A stretch of 47,591 nucleotides of DNA, counting the filler, from Jimgerdemannia flammicorona (taxonomy: Eukaryota), in assembly GCA_003990765.1 (NCBI GenBank). It is 2 parts of 2 records of this genome, joined end to end, with 100 filler letters (N's around TTAATTAATTAA, not from the genome) between each part and the next. Parts side by side here need not be neighbours in the genome. Positions count along the whole stretch, not along the records: positions 23,851 to 47,591 come from RBNJ01001071.1; 1 more part is not named here. One strand, written 5' to 3'. Each line of letters begins with the position of its first letter. Position 1 is the first letter of the stretch. The position numbers and the translations under genes were made by a program. Below are positions 45,690 through 47,591 of the stretch, one piece after another. The notes below the pieces were generated by a model. It was not told the DNA's origin, searched no databases, and saw only the letters and a program-made list of their open reading frames with translations.

Positions 45690-46684
45690 GTTTCGATTGG
45701 GGCAGGCACTGGTCATATATCCTGTCTTTCAGCAATAGAAGCATGCTCTGCTTCTTCAAAGTTCATTTCTTTCTCCAGTGAGTTTTTGAAGATACTTGGT
45801 TAGGTGGGTTCAAGATTTCTGAGTATCTATGAGGTGAATGTGGAGAGAGCTCAGGATACTTCATGCTTGGATTCTTCTTTCTTGATCCAAGTCTTTTCCT
45901 TATTATTGAATTGTCTTTAGGGCAGAATTGGTCTAGCTGTTATGATTTGCTTGACTATAGTCTTGATTCTTGCCAGGTACTATTGTTGGTGATCATAACC
46001 AACTGGGCAGTCTTGTTCTCAGATTTTTCTAGTAAGCCACTCAGGTAGTGTATTGAATAAATGGTCTGCTCTTATACCATTTTGTGCTTCATCATTGGCA
46101 ATATATCCTAGGCCAACAGTGTTCAGGAGTGACTCAAGTTTTTTACAGAAGATTTCAAATTCTTCCTTGCCATATATATCAAATTTAAGATTGCAGAGTT
46201 TTACTCAAGATTCAGTGATTATAGTTTTGCTGTGGTATTGGGAAATCATGAGTTGTTTGAGTCCAGGGGCTACAGGATGGGCTCCATATCCTGGGGCATT
46301 GTTTGCTACATTCTGGGCAACTACCACAGGTCAGGTGTCTCATGTGAGGGGTTTTTCAGGAAGGGTTCACCACCATTCTTTGGCAGATCCTCAGAAGAAT
46401 GTAACAACTCAGTAGACATAGGCTGTAGTTGTAGCAAAGAGTTGTTTCAGAGTGTAGTCTTGATTGTTTATCAAAAGGCAGTCAGCAACTTGCTCATTTG
46501 TCCATTGATTAGCTTCGAAGTTGGTGTCAACTATACTAATGAAGCTCTGGATTTCTTGTACAGTACCATTGAAGGTAGGTAGGCTCAGATTTTTTATTGG
46601 TCAGGTCTGTTTAGCTAAGGTAGTAATGATTGCTGCTATTATGGCTATCTGGGCTGTGAGGTCTAGAATCTGTTGGTTCACCAT
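45690..46684 (-). pseudogene. Gypsy gag with C-terminal zinc knuckle
   Basis: CFYC*KTGYMTSAC (CX2CX4HX4C with H>Y) at ~45702-45744; position upstream of pol. Start codon uncertain. Confidence 0.7.
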
Positions 46685-47073
46685 ATTGTTTGCTAGAGGT
46701 GGTTGAAGTGCTGATAGTAGTGTTACTAGTACTACTTGAGATACTGATGCAGAGTTTGATGGGGTTCTTTGGGTCTGTGTAAGTTACTGGAGTAGTAGTT
46801 GTGGGTCTGGAGTAAGGGCTTGATAGATAGCTGTCTATTGCTATGTAGGTGTATTCTGTTCTGATGGAGGTGTATCTTCTTCGGTGGTGTATTTGGGATC
46901 GAATTTACTGAGATACTTCTCCTCTTCTTCAGTTTGGTCCCTATGTAGTTGGGTTTGCTCAGCATTGAAGTAGACAGAATCAGTTATATGTATATCTGAT
47001 TTTGGATAGACTTAATTCAAAGTCAAGTTCTGGTTTGGTATTGGTTTCAGATTCAGGTAGAGCTATAGCAGGG

Positions 47074-47591
47074 CCCAAGTTCTGGGTAGTGTGGTGGCGT
47101 ATATTGCGGAGGAATGTTATGTTGAACTTCCATGCTGGGCATCTGGTGGATGGGGGTCAGCTGGATTGTGAGGAGTGTTATAATGTTGGGCAGGTTGGGG
47201 GTTTTGAGCAAACGCCTGAACATTGGCTGGGGGAGTGTGAGGTTCTGGGTGACTTTTGGATTGCTGTAGGGGACCGCCTTGGGGTTGAAAGGAAACCAGA
47301 TAGGGAGAGAGGTCGCTGGGATGATCTGGAATCTAGACTTGTGGGAGGGGTTGGCAATCAGTGGCTTACTGTAGGTTGGATTGTGGCAGTGTGGGTGGGG
47401 TTGGCTGGACATTGGCTCTTTGTTTTTGAGGAGGGGCAGCGGCTGGGGCTAGATGCGAAGGTGCTAAGGTGGGAGGAGCTGGTGGGGGATCTGCTGACCG
47501 GATGGTGGGTGGGTTGGGGACCTCAAGGAGGCCGACGTAGAAGTTTAGTGGTGAAGATCTGTGAGCAGAGTAGTGGGAGGGTGGGGATAGT
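47074..47591 (+). mobile_element. 5'-truncated LINE copy 5 (ORF2 C-terminus), running off the window
   Basis: PKFWVVWWRILRRNVMLNF…CEECYNV…PEHWLGEC matches the ORF2 ends of the other copies. Confidence 0.88.

Larger units (their letters stand above)
41584..47070 (-). mobile_element. Chromovirus-type Ty3/Gypsy element, internal region (degenerate)
   Basis: Order gag, CCHC knuckle, dUTPase, protease, RT, RNase H, integrase, chromodomain. Own LTRs not confidently delimited. Confidence 0.9.

Overview
Eukaryotic DNA, most likely fungal (inferred from short GT-AG introns with CTAAC-like branch points and from the element families), made almost entirely of nested, decaying transposable elements. No intact host gene was seen. 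An artificial 100-bp contig linker (N44-TTAATTAATTAA-N44) sits at 23751-23850, so the two halves may not be adjacent in the genome. Contents: (i) six copies or fragments of one G-rich L1/Tx1-type LINE family; (ii) two intron-containing hAT transposase pseudogenes and three fold-back hAT MITEs with TAGTGCTC termini and 8-bp TSDs; (iii) a minus-strand chromovirus-type Ty3/Gypsy element with a dUTPase between the Gag zinc knuckle and the protease; (iv) remnants of a second Gypsy-like family, a ~2-kb LTR-like unit carrying an internal ORF, and a young solo LTR. Old copies show heavy C>T/G>A mutation. The most interesting signal is a degenerate multi-exon gene (15253-17343, with further copies at ~2925-4402 and ~14034-14600). 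It has the HxD...HGT motifs of a TET/JBP-like 2OG-Fe(II) dioxygenase and lies between a hAT terminal repeat and a convergent hAT transposase, suggesting a hAT transposon carrying a possible anti-methylation cargo gene. All family assignments come from motifs recognised by eye; no database searches were run.
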